The notes under the pieces were generated by a model that saw only the letters and a list, made by a program, of their open reading frames with translations, was not told where the DNA came from and did not search any database. A DNA stretch of 64,000 nucleotides from Carcharhinus amblyrhynchos (taxonomy: Eukaryota), in assembly GCA_965287045.1 (NCBI GenBank), contig OZ336893.1, positions 20,150,001 to 20,214,000 on the forward strand, given 5' to 3'. Position numbers and translations under genes: made by a program. This document shows positions 37,136 through 50,534 of the stretch, piece after piece; positions within the stretch are counted from its first letter, which is position 1; every line of letters starts with the position of its first letter.

Positions 37136-37993
37136 TGTAGTTTTTCTTTCCTTCCTCGCTTTTGAGACTTGGCTCAATACACAACACAAGTGAGTGGTGG
37201 GGGGAAGGACTCCAACGATTGGAGATTATCTCCCAATTAAGGGTTAGTCTGAAATCTGTAAAGAATAGCGAGGCTACCTTGCATTAGTTAATCTCAGTGC
37301 CTACTTCAGTGGTGAATAAAAGATTAGGATTCAACATAAAGTCAGATTCTGCAGGCGGAATTTAAGGTAATATAATTATGTGCATTTACTATTTGCAGAT
37401 ATGTTAGTTGGCAGACTATGAACAATTTATTTCTTCCCTCTATCCCTCCATAGAGTACAAGTATATTAATAATGCATACGGGGTAGTTGATGTGCTTTAT
37501 GATAGGTGATGTGTGTAAACTTACAATTTTTTTATCGTTTGAACCAAATGAGCTCATCCCAATCTTGCATATGTCCAGTGGGAGTTTGAGCTTTTTAAGT
37601 AACAATTCAATCCTGTTTTGGGTGCTTACGTCCGCATCTTAGTAGCTCTTATACAAAGTCTGAAATTTATTTTAAATATCATTTACAAACCAGTTTATGT
37701 ACGGTAGACCCAAAATAGACTGATTCATGTTGAAATTCACATAATTTACCATGCAAAAAGAATGTACAATTTTCTGATTATCTAAAACTTCTGATTTATT
37801 TCTATTAATATAACTAGGGTTCATTCATCCATGACTTTGTGCCCATCACGTTAACATAAAATAAAAGTTAATTTTAATCTGTCGAGGCCAGAAATTGGAG
37901 ATTATTACACACTATGTACAGTAAGTGTACTAGCGAACTTACAGTAGTGTTAATTTATTTCATGTTTTACAAATTTTTCTTTAATGTTTTTAG

Positions 37994-38101
37994 GCCTTTT
38001 CAATAGACATCATAAGGCACAAGGATTCCATAGATGAATTGAGCAACACTCAAGAAGAAATCTTGAGTAATTGTGGTGATGAACAGAAGACTATGTTGCA
38101 G
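37994..38101 (+). CDS. MACF1: MACF1 exon (AFSIDIIRHKDS...QKTMLQ)
   Basis: tttag|GCC ... CAG|gtatta; 108 nt. Confidence 0.95.
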
Positions 38102-38455
38102 GTATTATTTCTTTAATTCTGTAGAAGGCCAGCCACTATAACAGAATACATGTTTACATATTGTACCATTTCATAACATTAAGGTGGGAATTTATATGTT
38201 TATTTTTCTGACACAAAATGAATCATTACTTGCAGACCGTAATACAGAAATCTTGCAATTTCAGAGAAATTTCATGTAAATTTGTCAGTCTAGACTTTAA
38301 ATGTTTTAAAGACGGTCCTATCATAACGCTGATGTGTTCTAGCTCACCAATAACAAACCATTTGCCTGCAGTTAACTTCTTTTAATAATAGTGAGATTTT
38401 AATTATTGTGCTGCAATCTTAAATATGTACATCTATATGTATACAATCCACATAG

Positions 38456-38674
38456 GAGAAGATGGACTTGTTGCAGCAGCAGTACGAGACAGTCAGTCAG
38501 ATGAACACTGAAAGGTACTCCCAATTAGAGCGGGCTCAAGTCCTGATTAACCAGTTTTGGGAAACATATGAGGAGCTATGTCCATGGCTTGACGAGACCA
38601 GAACTCTGATAACACAGCTCCCACCACCAGCTGTTGACCATGAGATGCTGAAACTACAACAGGAAGAAATGAGG
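38456..38674 (+). CDS. MACF1: MACF1 exon (EKMDLLQQQYE...QQEEMR)
   Basis: catag|GAG ... AGG|gtaagg; 219 nt. Confidence 0.95.
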
Positions 38675-39464
38675 GTAAGGATAAAAGGACAGTGTGTAGT
38701 TTGGCCTGTTTCTTTTAAGTACCATTTGTGTTTACATACCTCCAGTATACTTCAGGTAACCAGATTCTCAATTGGCACCAGTAAATGATATTGGGATTGA
38801 AATAATCAGCAGGGGATGAGGAAATTGTGTATGTTGTCTGTGGAGTTCTACTGTGCATGGTATTTCCATGCATCAATGAAGGGGAGAGGAGACTGTATTA
38901 CATCAGACCAGCCATAAAGGGAGGAATTTTAACTGAGGCATTTGAAGCATGTGGTCTGGCAGCACATTGGAAACCCTGGAGCTTGTGTTGTGCTGCATGC
39001 TATTATGTTTTAACTCCATGATGTGCCTTGCGTCACTGACAGGTTCCTTGCCCAGAAGTTGACTGAACTGACAGATTTAGCTTCCAGTCAGGTGAAGAAC
39101 ACTGAACAAAAGGCTGCAGAATCCGGTTGTTTCAATCGCTGACCCTGAAGTGGGATAGAGTGGATTGGCCCAATCTCAAAGCATAGAGGTTGGGAATGGT
39201 TGATAGGATGTCTGTGTCTGTGATGGGTTTATAAGGTTGAGAGGGTGAGCTTGCAAGAGCAAGCTCTTTTTCTTTGTATGATCTGTAAGAAGTGCCTATG
39301 AGGCTGACCTCGTCTCACTGTAGCTGCCAAAACCTGGGCAACCCAGCCAGTTTACAGCCCAATTAATATATGTAAAATCTATATGTATACATATCCCCAT
39401 AGTGGATATATTGAGAATAGTGCCAATGTTTTGAGTCTAAATGATCCCCAGAGCTGCTTCAGCT

Positions 39465-39675
39465 CTAAAAATGCTGTGAACATTAGGAATTCTCTGCCTC
39501 AGGAAACTTTACGTTCATCAGTAAATTCCAGGCCAGGTAAAGTTTGGCAGTTTCTTGGATATTAAGGGAATTGTCCCCATATCTCTCAATTTGGGTATGT
39601 GCAGCTGAAGTAGATGCAGTCATGATCTTATTGAAAGTGAAGCAGATTCAAAGCGCCAAGTAACCTACTGCGATT
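39465..39675 (+). mobile_element. CR1 3' fragment
   Basis: GGAATTCTCTGCCTCAG...CATGATCTTATTGAA...CCTACT. Confidence 0.6.
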
Positions 39676-39854
39676 TATTAAGTATTATAGCCTTGTTCTA
39701 ACCCAGACTCCCTTTGAGTGTGGCTCACTGGGCACAGGAGTGTTGAGCTTGCCTGAGTGATGTTGTTTCATCTAATATAAATGATATTGTCTTACGCCAG
39801 AATGTATTTAGACATTCTTTCTAACTGTGAAATCTATATATCGTTTTATAACAG

Positions 39855-40058
39855 CAACTTCGTGAATCAATCTCGGAACACAAGCCCCATATTGATAAAT
39901 TGATGAAGATTGGTCCTCAGTTGATGGTGTTGAATCCTGATGAGGGTAAAATGGTTCATGAGAAATATACCACAGCTGAAGCACTTTATGCTAAAATAAA
40001 ACAGGATGCAAGACAGCGGGCTTTGGCATTGGATGAAGCCATTTCACAGTCTGCTCAG
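39855..40058 (+). CDS. MACF1: MACF1 exon ([12 protein letters not shown]...EAISQSAQ)
   Basis: aacag|CAA ... CAG|gtactc; 204 nt. Confidence 0.95.
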
Positions 40059-40939
40059 GTACTCTTTGATTGTAGCTGTATATGTTTGCATAGGTTTTGT
40101 TTAAGGCTAATTATTTGTTTATTAAAAGGGAAACTTTTTATCCTTTTAGCTCCCCACAGCTATCACTTCTTGCTTCTGCAGTGCTGACAAGTCTAGGTCA
40201 CAGACATCTCCTTGATCAACATCAGTAATGTTTTTTGAAAGTGAGAGGCACACTCTATGCTAGAGCTATTGTACTTCTGTGTTTAGTTTCAGAAACATTA
40301 AAGGCAGTAATAAAATAAGATGGGGACAATAATTTGCACTGAATAATTGACCAGCAAATAAAACGGTGATTTTTTTTTGATGAGTGCTTGCTTTAAGTTT
40401 TTCAAGTTGTCTACTATATATGTGATGGATTTCACTACTTTTGCAAGGCACATGATGTTTTGCTTCGCTATAATGAAATGACTGTCAGTTGGATTGAATT
40501 GTCCATTTGCTCCTTTAGATTGGCACATTTCTTTATGTAGTGGCTATTGATGCATGCTTGCTAGCTAGTCAATTAATCATTGTTGGTGATAAAAATTAAC
40601 GATAGTTCTGTTTGACATGGTATTCTAGCCAAAATTAGGAGCAATTGAAGCAAAATGGAGGAAGAGACCAGTGCAACAGAATTAAAAGAATATTATGGCA
40701 CACACACAGTTCTTTCCAATGATACAAAAACACTATGGCAAAACAAAGTAATGTTTGTGAAGTGTTTCCCTTCCATATTTGTCTTGTTCAATGCATTCCC
40801 TCATGTTACTCCATCATAGTGTTCTCATATTAACATGTCATTTGTTTTCCATTCCGCTCACCTCGTGGAATTAAATGTTTGTTTGCCGACATCTCCTGCT
40901 ACGTTGTGTTTAATTGTTGTGTTCATCACATCTCATTAG

Positions 40940-40948
40940 AATGCCGAG
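40940..40948 (+). CDS. MACF1: 9-nt microexon (NAE), phase 0-0
   Basis: cattag|AATGCCGAG|gtaagc; lies at the junction where mammalian MACF1 has an optional ITE tripeptide (recalled). Confidence 0.8.
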
Positions 40949-42004
40949 GTAAGCAGAGCTCCTTGGACAATCGATGCTGCTACACTTTAGGGTTGCTTTT
41001 CTGTTTTATTTTCTTTGGATAAGTCTGTTGTTAATAGTTACCTGAAACTTTGACAAGTAAGGAACAGTCCCTGCACAATTTACAGCTGTTCTGAAAGGCC
41101 ATGTATTACTTAATGGATAGTTGTACATTCAACTTTGCTAAATTTTAAATACATTGATTTGAACTTTGTGAATTGATCTGTTTCCTCTGTAGTACAGTAA
41201 TTAAGAGCAGACGTTTTTGTTAAAATGAATTTCCAGCATTTCTGATGCTCAGTCTGTTTTTATGTCATTATTAAGAGTGTTTTTTTCCCCTCCTAAATTC
41301 TATTGCTGTGTCTAGACTAGATTGATGTGTCCCTCACTTAATTATTCTAATCATTGCCTTGAGTTCAACCTCAAAAACCACTATTCCACCAGAGCAATCA
41401 TTCCATTCCGCTTCTGCCTGAGTGTCATTGTCTTTAGTTCTGAATTGTGGGTACCTTTCCACTTCTAACATGATTGAGATCTCAAATTGATTTAAGTTTG
41501 GACCTCCACAACTATGTGGAAAATAAAATTTCCTCCCAACCATCTGGGCTCAATTTGAATCCTGGTTCCCGAGTCAAAGGGAAATTTTCACAGCTAGTAC
41601 GTTGATAAGTCGTTGTAAAGACCCAGTTCTGGCATATGATTTGATGGAATTATAATATTCAGAATCGTATATTTTTGTTCATGGATCCCTCACTCTTTGT
41701 CACTGACTTGAGTCCCTGTTGTATTGATTGTTCTGTTCTTTTGATATCAACCAATGAAATAGGTCTCCTAAATTGATAGGCAAGGTTGAGCATAATCAAC
41801 CTTTGGGATGTTTGGTTTTGAGTAAAATATCTATCATTTAGCATGGAATCAAAAAGATTGGCTACACTGAGGAGATTTGTTTAACTATGATTGTGACAAG
41901 TCAGAAACACTTGTTTTAATCTTTGTAGGTGAGTAAAAACTTTAATTTGCAAATTGAACTTAATATATAAAATGATTATTGGTAATCTTCCACTTCACCA
42001 GCGT

Positions 42005-42346
42005 AGAACCATAGAATCCCTATAGTGCAGGAGGAGGCCATTTGGCCCTTCAAGTTTGCACCAACTCGTGGAAAGAACATTTCACCCATACCAACCCCCC
42101 CCGCCTGATCTTCGCAATCCTGCCATTTACCATGGCTAATCCACCTAACCTAACATCTTTGGAGACTAAGGGGCAATTTAGCATGATCAGTCTACCTAAC
42201 CTGCACGTCTTTGGACTGTGGGAGGAAACTGGAGGAAACCAGTGTAGACACAGGGAGAACATGCAAACTGCGCACAGTCACACAAGGCCAGAATCAAACC
42301 CAGGCCCTGATGCTGTGAGGCAGCAGTGCTAGCCACTGTGCTGCCC
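42005..42346 (-). mobile_element. HE1-like V-SINE, antisense
   Basis: TAGAACCATAGAATCCC tail ... GCTGTGAGGCAGCAGTGCTAGCCACTGTGCTGCCC head (reverse complement). Confidence 0.9.
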
Positions 42347-43070
42347 TTTGCTAAATAAATGTTTGATAAATGCAAAATTATAAACAAACAATTCCAAATG
42401 CTAAATGAAATAAATTATGTAATCTCAAAATTGTTTCATTATATATTTATTTTTAAAAATTGCTCATTTTGGTCTTCATTTTATACAGTTGCATAAAAAT
42501 ATAACTTGCCATAATGAATTCTAATTTGCTTGTAGATTGTTTACAGCAAGATGCCAATCCCAACTGTTAGTCATAATTGTAACACAGTTTTATAACACTC
42601 AGGTCAAATCTTTCAGTAGTCCCAAGTTGGAACAGAAATGAAAAATGAAATATCTGTGTTCAGCTTACGCAGAATAAATTCCCCTTTCTCCAACTACAAA
42701 AATGGAATTACATTTGATGCAAGAGTGTCAATATTTCTGTTTTCTTTCCACTAGTTTCATGTGTTTTTTAGAAGATTTATAAAAACATTTCTCAACATCA
42801 CATGGAAATCTAGGTGAATCGGCCGCCTTCAATTAAGTGGATTATTCGATCCCTCAATAAGTTAGGCGTTTTTTATAAACATTGATACAAGAACAGATTT
42901 TACTTAAATGCTATGCATGTTTTTACTGCAAAATGTCTATTAAAATGTTGCTGCTCATTGCTTTTCTTGAGTTTGTACTGAGATAGTTCCTGCTACACAG
43001 ACAATTTCAGATGAAGAATAATTCTGAGAAAATTTTCAGTCAATGCCAATTCCTCTTATGGTCTGTTTAG

Positions 43071-43302
43071 TTCCATGATAAGATTGATCCGATGTTAGAG
43101 TCTCTGGAACACATCGCTGATCGAATGCGGATGCCCCCATCGATACCTGCCGAGGTTGAGAAGATTAAAGAGCACATCAATGAGAACAAAAATATTGCAA
43201 TGGAGCTAGAAAAGCTTCAGCCATCTTTTGAAGCTCTTAAACGTCGTGGTGAAGAGCTAATTGGACGGTCAACTGGAGCAGATGAGGATCCTGCAGCTAA
43301 AG
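43071..43302 (+). CDS. MACF1: MACF1 exon ([10 protein letters not shown]...EDPAAK), phase 0-1
   Basis: tttag|TTC ... G|gtactg; 232 nt. Confidence 0.95.
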
Positions 43303-44562
43303 GTACTGAATATTAAGTTTTTTTTTTAATTTGTACATAATCACAAGTCTATTCGCCACTATAAAGCTCACTGATGATATACAATCTAACAATTCAAATT
43401 AGAAGCTAATAGTTTCTTCATTAAAATTCTGTCTGAATTCCTGAACCTGTTCTTCAAATGTTAAACCAAATTCAAGATACAGCCCTCTAAAATATTTTCA
43501 GACCCATTAGAAGGATGTATTCAGAAATCAGAAGTTTTGAACATTATCCGGAAGCAATAAAATTGGTATTCTGGGAAGACAATGTGTTTTCTAATTTCGA
43601 CTTTTAAAAGCTTGATGGTAACATGATACTGTATCTGTTTTTCCTTAAATTTGTGTTTTACCAAATACAAGGAACATAACTGAATGAGAAGATTTTCACT
43701 TTAGCACATAATGAAATTCCGAGCAACCAGTGATTATTATTGAAGATTAGCCACTGTTCTAAATTACACACATGATGCAGCGGCTTTGTGCAGTACAAGC
43801 TCCTACAGACAACAGTAAAATGAATGGCAAACCAAACTTACTTCCACTAGGTGTTTTGCAAACAAGTGATAGGTGTTTTACAAAGGAAAATAGTGGCGAC
43901 CTACCGATCAAGTTAATCACAGATATAACTGACCTATTCAATTTATCAGAGTTTCACAGTGGAATGTGTTCTTTCTGCTTGTGATAAGTTCTGTCACATT
44001 TTAGTGAGTTAGAAGGTTAACAAAAGGTAAAGATCTCTTTGCCTTTTAGTGCCTCTGTCCTGTATCTTTATTTGGCTGAATAAAATGGCTGTTAATTCAT
44101 GTTGCGTTCAGTGACAGAAAGCAAAGCATCCCTTTGTGTTTGCATTTTGTTCCAATTCTCTCAGCTGGGAGAGACTTTGAGTATGGTGCATTCAGTTGTA
44201 TTCTATATTTATCAAAGGCTGTAATCATTTTATCCCCAACTCTGAAATGAGGACATCAGGTATGTGGATTATTAGAATTTGTTGCAAAAAACTAATGCAG
44301 TCCATTTAATACCGTTTTAGACAAACACAAATTCTCAAAGCTCTTGCCAAGTGTTCTTGTACATTTGGGTATTTGATCCAATTTGGAAAGGGTTCTATAC
44401 AGTGAACTTCATCAAACAGCTCCGAATAGTCAGTTTTTGAAGAGTCTAACATGCTTTATTGTATGCTGTGGCCTCATTTCTAGCAGCATTCAATCATTAT
44501 ATTACCATATAATGACCGTTTTAAATAGTCTAGCTTTTTTTTCCCAACTTGTAATAATTTAG

Positions 44563-44789
44563 CCATTCAAGACAAATTGGATGAGATGATATTTTACTGG
44601 GAAGATATCAAAGCTCGTGGTGAAGAGAGAGATATTAAACTTCTGGATGTGCTTGACCTGGCTGAAAAGTTCTGGTGTGACATGGCTGCGTTGCTGACCA
44701 CTATTAAAGACACACAGGATATAGTGCGAGACCTAGAGAATCCTGGTATTGACCCATCAATCATTAAACAACAGCAGGAGGCTGCAGAG
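44563..44789 (+). CDS. MACF1: MACF1 exon ([17 protein letters not shown]...QQEAAE), phase 1-0
   Basis: tttag|CC ... GAG|gtatgg; 227 nt. Confidence 0.95.
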
Positions 44790-44972
44790 GTATGGATATG
44801 GTTCAAATGTGAATTTCATTTAGTTTTTATAAAAAAATCTGTTTGTCATGTTGCATGCTCATTTATTTGTCTTGTTTGGAATCACAAAAAGTCTGATATG
44901 AAACAACAGAATGTAGTATGGTAAGTGCACACGATTAATAACAATTTCCTGGTAATATTCTGTTGATTTCAG

Positions 44973-45095
44973 ACAATTAAAGAGGAGACAGATGGGCTCC
45001 ATGAGGAGCTGGAATTTGTACGAATCTTGGGAGCAGACCTTATCTTTGCTTGTGGAGAATTTGAAAAACCAGAAGTGAAGAAAAGCATAGATGAG
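44973..45095 (+). CDS. MACF1: MACF1 exon ([15 protein letters not shown]...KKSIDE)
   Basis: ttcag|ACA ... GAG|gtaaaa; 123 nt. Confidence 0.95.
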
Positions 45096-45725
45096 GTAAA
45101 ATATTAAATTGAAATGATGAGTGATGAATTATGTGTGCTATGGGTGATACCAGTATGAAAGAACTTGACCAAGAGGCTAATAGATGTGAGACTAGTGCCA
45201 AGTTAATTGAGTATTTCACTAATGGAGAATATTTAGATATTCAATCATAAGCAATATGCTATCCCCAAAAGTAATACTATTGAAGGTTGCATAACATGTC
45301 ATGCAATGCAACGTAATGTACATTGCATATAGCTCCCCCTCTAATGTGCTTTGGCTTCTTAAATCCTACCCAAGGTCAACTCCATTTTTCTTTGTTCAAA
45401 TGAATGTTGTGCCAAAGGTTTGCTGATTTGATATTTCAACAAAATATATTTTAATAGCCTGCCCATTTGAACAATGTTATTGCCTTAACAGATAATTTGT
45501 TTATCTAAAACAAACTAACAAGGAGTAGGCAATTTGGTCCTTCCATTCTGCTCCGTCATTTCATAAGATCGTGGCAAATCTGATAATGACCCCAAATCTG
45601 CAACCCACATAACTTCGAAATGAGTCTTCTTTGTAACATTGGCTGGCTTGATAAAAAATCAGTTAGTTATCTATATGACAGGTAAATCTGGAAGAAGAAT
45701 TACAATAACCATGATTAAACACTCA

Positions 45726-46402
45726 GGGCCCTATTTTACCATTTTGATTCTAAGTGCTGAGTGGACTTGAAACTGGGACTGTTTCAGATCCAGCCTGTTC
45801 TGAGGTGTCCCCATACGCGCACCACTCGCAAAAATATCAGCGAGTCCTAATCATGCTGCAGAAGCTTGTGGGCAAGGCTTAATGTGCTGAAACCTCTAGT
45901 TTCGATCGGTGCCTCCAACTGCGCATGCACAGAAAAAAAAGATAGAATGCTGTGCTTCCTTGCCCTTTCCCTCCTGAGCCAGCTAATGCCTCCCTTGTGC
46001 CCTCACAGATATTACCCCACCCCCACAACATTAATGACCCCCTTATCCCCCCACCACCGAGACCGATTTCCCCCTCAGCCACAGTGGCAGCAGACCTTCC
46101 CATCAGTCTCAAGCAGAGAGCCATCAGACGCTAAGCATTTACCTCCTCACTAACTGGAGCTCCCAAATCGGATTTATGTGAAGCATGTCTGTTTCACACT
46201 GATTCTAGATGGGCAAACGCAGTGATAAAGGGGGGAGTGTTGGTAAAGTTGGGCATGTAGCCCATTAAGTCAATTTAAATGCATGCAGCCATTTTGGGGC
46301 CTTGGTAAAGGGGGAACTGGCACTGAGGCAGGCATGGATCATACTATTCGCTTCTCGCCCAACTTTACTAAAATGGGTGTAATGCAATGTAAAAATTAGG
46401 CC
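45726..46402. mobile_element. Non-autonomous DNA transposon (PIF/Harbinger-like MITE)
   Basis: GC-richer block with imperfect TIRs GGGCCCTATTTTACCATT ... AATGTAAAAATTAGGCC. Confidence 0.6.
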
Positions 46403-46639
46403 TTTAATGTCAGAACCAAGAGTACTTAATTTGTATCTAAACTATGATCAAAAGTTTGTAGCAGTCTGACACTGGTCTGTCATACAATCAGTGTGTTCTA
46501 CCTTGGCTGACACTTTTTTGGAAAAATATGAATAAAGTATCAGAGTTTGTTTGAATGCAGAGTGAGCCAATAAATGGGAAACACTAGACGATGCAGGTCA
46601 TTTTCAGGAAATGCTGCCCCTCCCTATTTCTGTAATTTC

Positions 46640-46952
46640 CCCCAGCCTGCCAAATCTTCTGAGATCCCTGCACTCCTCCACTTCTGGCCTTTTGCAATTT
46701 TCATTTTTTCACCATTCATAGTGCCTTGACCTACTAGCACCCCCTAAGTTTTGGAATTCCTTCCTTAAACTTTTTCACCTCTCCTCTTCTAAGCCACCAC
46801 TTGAAACTCATCACTTTAGCCAAACTTTTGGCCATCGCTCCTAATACCTTAAGTGTCTTGGTACCTTGTTTTACCTGATTAGACTTCTGTACAGTGTATT
46901 TGAATGTCTTACTGTGTTGAAGATGCTATGTAATTGCACATTGTTGTTGTTT
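46640..46952 (+). mobile_element. L2 LINE 3' end
   Basis: CTGCACTCCTCCACTTCTGGCC...TGGAATTCCTTCCTTAAAC...GATGCTATGTAATTGCACATTGTTGTTG. Confidence 0.65.
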
Positions 46953-46996
46953 GACCATGCTTCTATTCTAATGGATTGCGTCATAACTATTTCTAG

Positions 46997-47098
46997 CTTA
47001 ATTACACTTGGGATAACCTGAACAAAGCATGGAAGGAACGGATGGACAAACTGGAGGAGGTCATGCAGGCAGCTGTACAATACCAAGATTCATTGCAA
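46997..47098 (+). CDS. MACF1: MACF1 exon ([15 protein letters not shown]...QYQDSLQ)
   Basis: tctag|CTT ... CAA|gtaagg; 102 nt. Confidence 0.94.
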
Positions 47099-47187
47099 GT
47101 AAGGAATGTTCTGAATGTTCTGCATAGTATCAATGTAAACATGAATAGAGTGAAATGATGTTTCCTAATCTATTGTGAATTTTTTAG

Positions 47188-47289
47188 GCAATGTTTGACT
47201 GGCTGGATAACACAGTAATAAAACTTGGCGAGATGTCTCCAGTTGGCACAGACATCAGCACTGTGAAGCAACAAATAAACGAAATGAAG
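47188..47289 (+). CDS. MACF1: MACF1 exon ([13 protein letters not shown]...INEMK)
   Basis: tttag|GCA ... AAG|gtgggt; 102 nt; preceded by an 89-bp intron. Confidence 0.95.
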
Positions 47290-47850
47290 GTGGGTTAATG
47301 AAAGAAAAGTAGTTCTCCATTTCCACTTCTTCTTCTGTTAGCACATTCGATTCTTATCCATTTCATAATAGCTTCATCTAATGTGAACAATCGCTCCTTT
47401 GACTGGATTGAAAAAATCTACCACATGTCCATCATTTCATGGCTCAACTGATATAGGCAGTGAATAGCTGAACTATATTGAGCACAAAGTGCTATGGCTG
47501 TGCTATGTTGATTGACTTGGGTAACAGCAGTAGCATTGTCAGCCTTGGAATCATTGGCGTAGGCTTCAAGTGAGGACAGAATCAAGCCCATTAGGATGTC
47601 CCCTTTATATTATAGCCTTCTGACATTATTGTCCAGCTAGTAAATAAAGTATGGTACCCTGTCAAACAACCAATGTCCATGAACCTATACTGCAGCAACA
47701 CAAGGGTTGAGGGGGGGAAAACTGGTGAGGATGGTAGAAGAGGAAGAAATAGTCACGCAGTGGCTTGAATTTTAAATTTACATTCTTCTTGAAATTTGAC
47801 ATGCCCTAATGGATATCACTTAACTTTCCCACTGCGCATGCAATCCACAG

Positions 47851-48024
47851 GAATTTAAAATGGAGGTTTACCAGCAGCAAATAGAGATGGAAAAACTGAA
47901 CCATCAGGGGGAGCTACTGCTTAAGAGAGCCTCAGATGACACGGACCGGGACCTAATTCAGCAGCCACTCACCGAGCTCAAACATCTCTGGGAAGATCTG
48001 GGAGAAAAGATTATTCACAGACAG
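47851..48024 (+). CDS. MACF1: MACF1 exon (EFKMEVYQQQIEME...KIIHRQ)
   Basis: cacag|GAA ... CAG|gtacaa; 174 nt. Confidence 0.95.
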
Positions 48025-48409
48025 GTACAAGCAGTCTGCTGCAACTTTAATTTGCAAATGCATTTTTTCAAGTGTTGATAATGTTCATGTATAGATTTCC
48101 CAATGCAGGAGCCTAGAATTGCTGCATTGTGCAGATAACAACAGAAGTCACGAAGGTCCATGAAAGGAAACAGACCGTGACAGTTGTGCAATTAGCTTCG
48201 TGATTTACACTGAGCAAATTGACATACATTGAAGATATTGGGGGGGATTAAAGTGAAATGATCAAGTTGGCATATTTAATGCAGCACTAAATTGACAAAG
48301 AATATAAGTCCTATATTGTGAAGTATTTTATTTAACAAAAAGCTATTAAAGATCATTAAGCTTTGCTTTCATGTCTTTGTCAGACTCCTCAATATAAACA
48401 ACTGGCCCA

Positions 48410-48520
48410 AAGACGGGTTCAAGTCCCACTCCAGATACATGAGCACAAAATCCAGTCTGACACAATAATTTAGTACTGAGGCAATGCTGCACTGCCAGAG
48501 GTTCTGTCTTTCTGGGGATG
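48410..48520 (+). mobile_element. Deu-type SINE (SacSINE/AmnSINE-like) 5' fragment
   Basis: B-box GGGTTCAAGTCCC followed by AGTACTGAGGCAATGCTGCACTG Deu-like core. Confidence 0.6.
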
Positions 48521-48984
48521 CAGGCCTGGCTGCTGGGCAACCCTCCATAGGCCATATGGTGCCAGGGCAGGAGAGCTCCCAAATCTACAAGGAGACCACC
48601 AGCTTTTACTTGGTGGCCTCCCCATGAGATGTTGGGTCCCTGGGGCGGCAGCATGAAGTTATTGAGTGATCATTAACTGCTTAAGGGCTTCAATTGGCCT
48701 TCGGGCAGTAAGCTTGTCCTCAAATTTCCCACCCCTGACTGAATTAGAGGGAATCAGGAAGGTGATGGGCAATAAACACCTTGCCTGGCGTGCAGTGGAT
48801 TGGTACACAAGCGTAATGACCTTAAAATCCTATTTCAATATTTTGTACTTGACAGCTTTTTTATATTCAGAATGACTGGATATTTCTTCACTGACCCAAC
48901 CTGAGGGAAGACTTTGGGGAATATTTCAGAGAACATGAATATTTATTCTGAATTATTAACTATGAACTTTTTTTTTCTCCACAG

Positions 48985-49140
48985 CACAAAGTAGAGGGTG
49001 CCCTGCTGGCACTGGGTCAGTTCCAACATGCATTGGCTGAACTTATGACTTGGCTGAATCATACAGAGGAGCTGCTGGATGGACAAAGGCCAATTACTGG
49101 GGATCCAAAAGCCATAGAAATTGAACTTGCCAAGCATCAT
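48985..49140 (+). CDS. MACF1: MACF1 exon ([13 protein letters not shown]...ELAKHH)
   Basis: cacag|CAC ... CAT|gtatgt; 156 nt. Confidence 0.95.
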
Positions 49141-49952
49141 GTATGTCAAAAGTTACAGCTCTGCAAAGATTTAACTTGTATAATCATGTATTGGATCATA
49201 GCATCTTGCATAATTGATAAGACATTGCGAAGTGATAGCATTAAGCATCTTGGATGATATCTTAAATCTTAAATTACTCTTTTATGCAATATCCATGTCA
49301 TATTAATAACATTTTCATTGTAAGCTTGAACTCCCTGTTAAGCTTAGACTGTGTTTTGCTATCCGTTATTGAGCTGTACAAGCTCAACATTCCTTGTCAT
49401 GTGCTTTTCCATCAAGTGAATTGAAAGCATAGTGTAGGACAGACTTGCGTTTTTACAGTGTCAAAAATAAATGATGACTGATCTCACCTTTTACAAGCTT
49501 TTGAATGTAGAAGGAGATGAAATAAGGATCAAAAAGTCAAGAGGACAAGGCTATGATGGCTGATGGTTTAATTACTAATGATGATGTTTCAGAAGGGGTA
49601 TGGTATTCTGAAGGCCAGTATGAGAGTAAAGGTGCTAAGTGGAGAGGTGAGACCATAATGCGAATTGTTCTGAAGTAATGATATTTAAAATAGGATGTTG
49701 AGAGTAAGACGCTATTAGTGGAGGGCAAGGACTGGTCTTTCGATTAGAGTAGAGATGGCAAAGTTTTACCTAAATTGCAGCTTGTGTAGGATAGACCTCA
49801 GGACACTAGAGGGTTCACCTATTATTCTCTTTATGGATGCTGAAAAGCTGCAGTGTAATTCCAATGCTACTGTTTTATTTAAAATTAATGTTTGTCAAAT
49901 CCAGGTAACTCGTGTATGCATGTTTCAGTAAATGACACTTTAACTTCCATAG

Positions 49953-50150
49953 GTCCTGAAGAATGATGTGCTTGCCCACAAGTCAACAGTCGACACTGTA
50001 AATAAAGCTGGGAATGAACTTCTGGAGTCAAGTGCAGGAGAGGATGCCAGTAACCTAAAGCGTCGATTAGATAAGTTAAATCAGAACTGGCAGTCGCTGC
50101 TTCAGAAAACTGAAGGGAGAGAACAGCAACTGGAGGCTGCTCTACAGCAG
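49953..50150 (+). CDS. MACF1: MACF1 exon ([10 protein letters not shown]...EAALQQ)
   Basis: catag|GTC ... CAG|gtattc; 198 nt. Confidence 0.95.
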
Positions 50151-50534
50151 GTATTCAATAGGAGTAGGATATTGGGAGACTTTGGGCTTTACTACTTACA
50201 TGAGGCCAAAACAAATTACTAGCAGAATTTGCATGGCACAGCTTATGATGCTGTGTTATGTTGCAATTAAACTGTAATTGCCTTCTCTAGTCACCCTGAG
50301 ATCAATCGGAAATTAATTAGCATTGGTGAAAATAATTACAGATTGAGTTTATGGTTATACATCAACCTATAAATCCCTTTCACCAAAATCTATTAATTGA
50401 TTCTGAAGCCTTGAAATTGCAAAGCAAAAAGACCATTGATTCCGTTACATGGTCCAATTTCTGTGCTCTTACTTCGTTTGCTTTTTTTCATAACTACTTG
50501 TCAAATTCTCTTAATGTTAAAGTAAAATGGTGCA

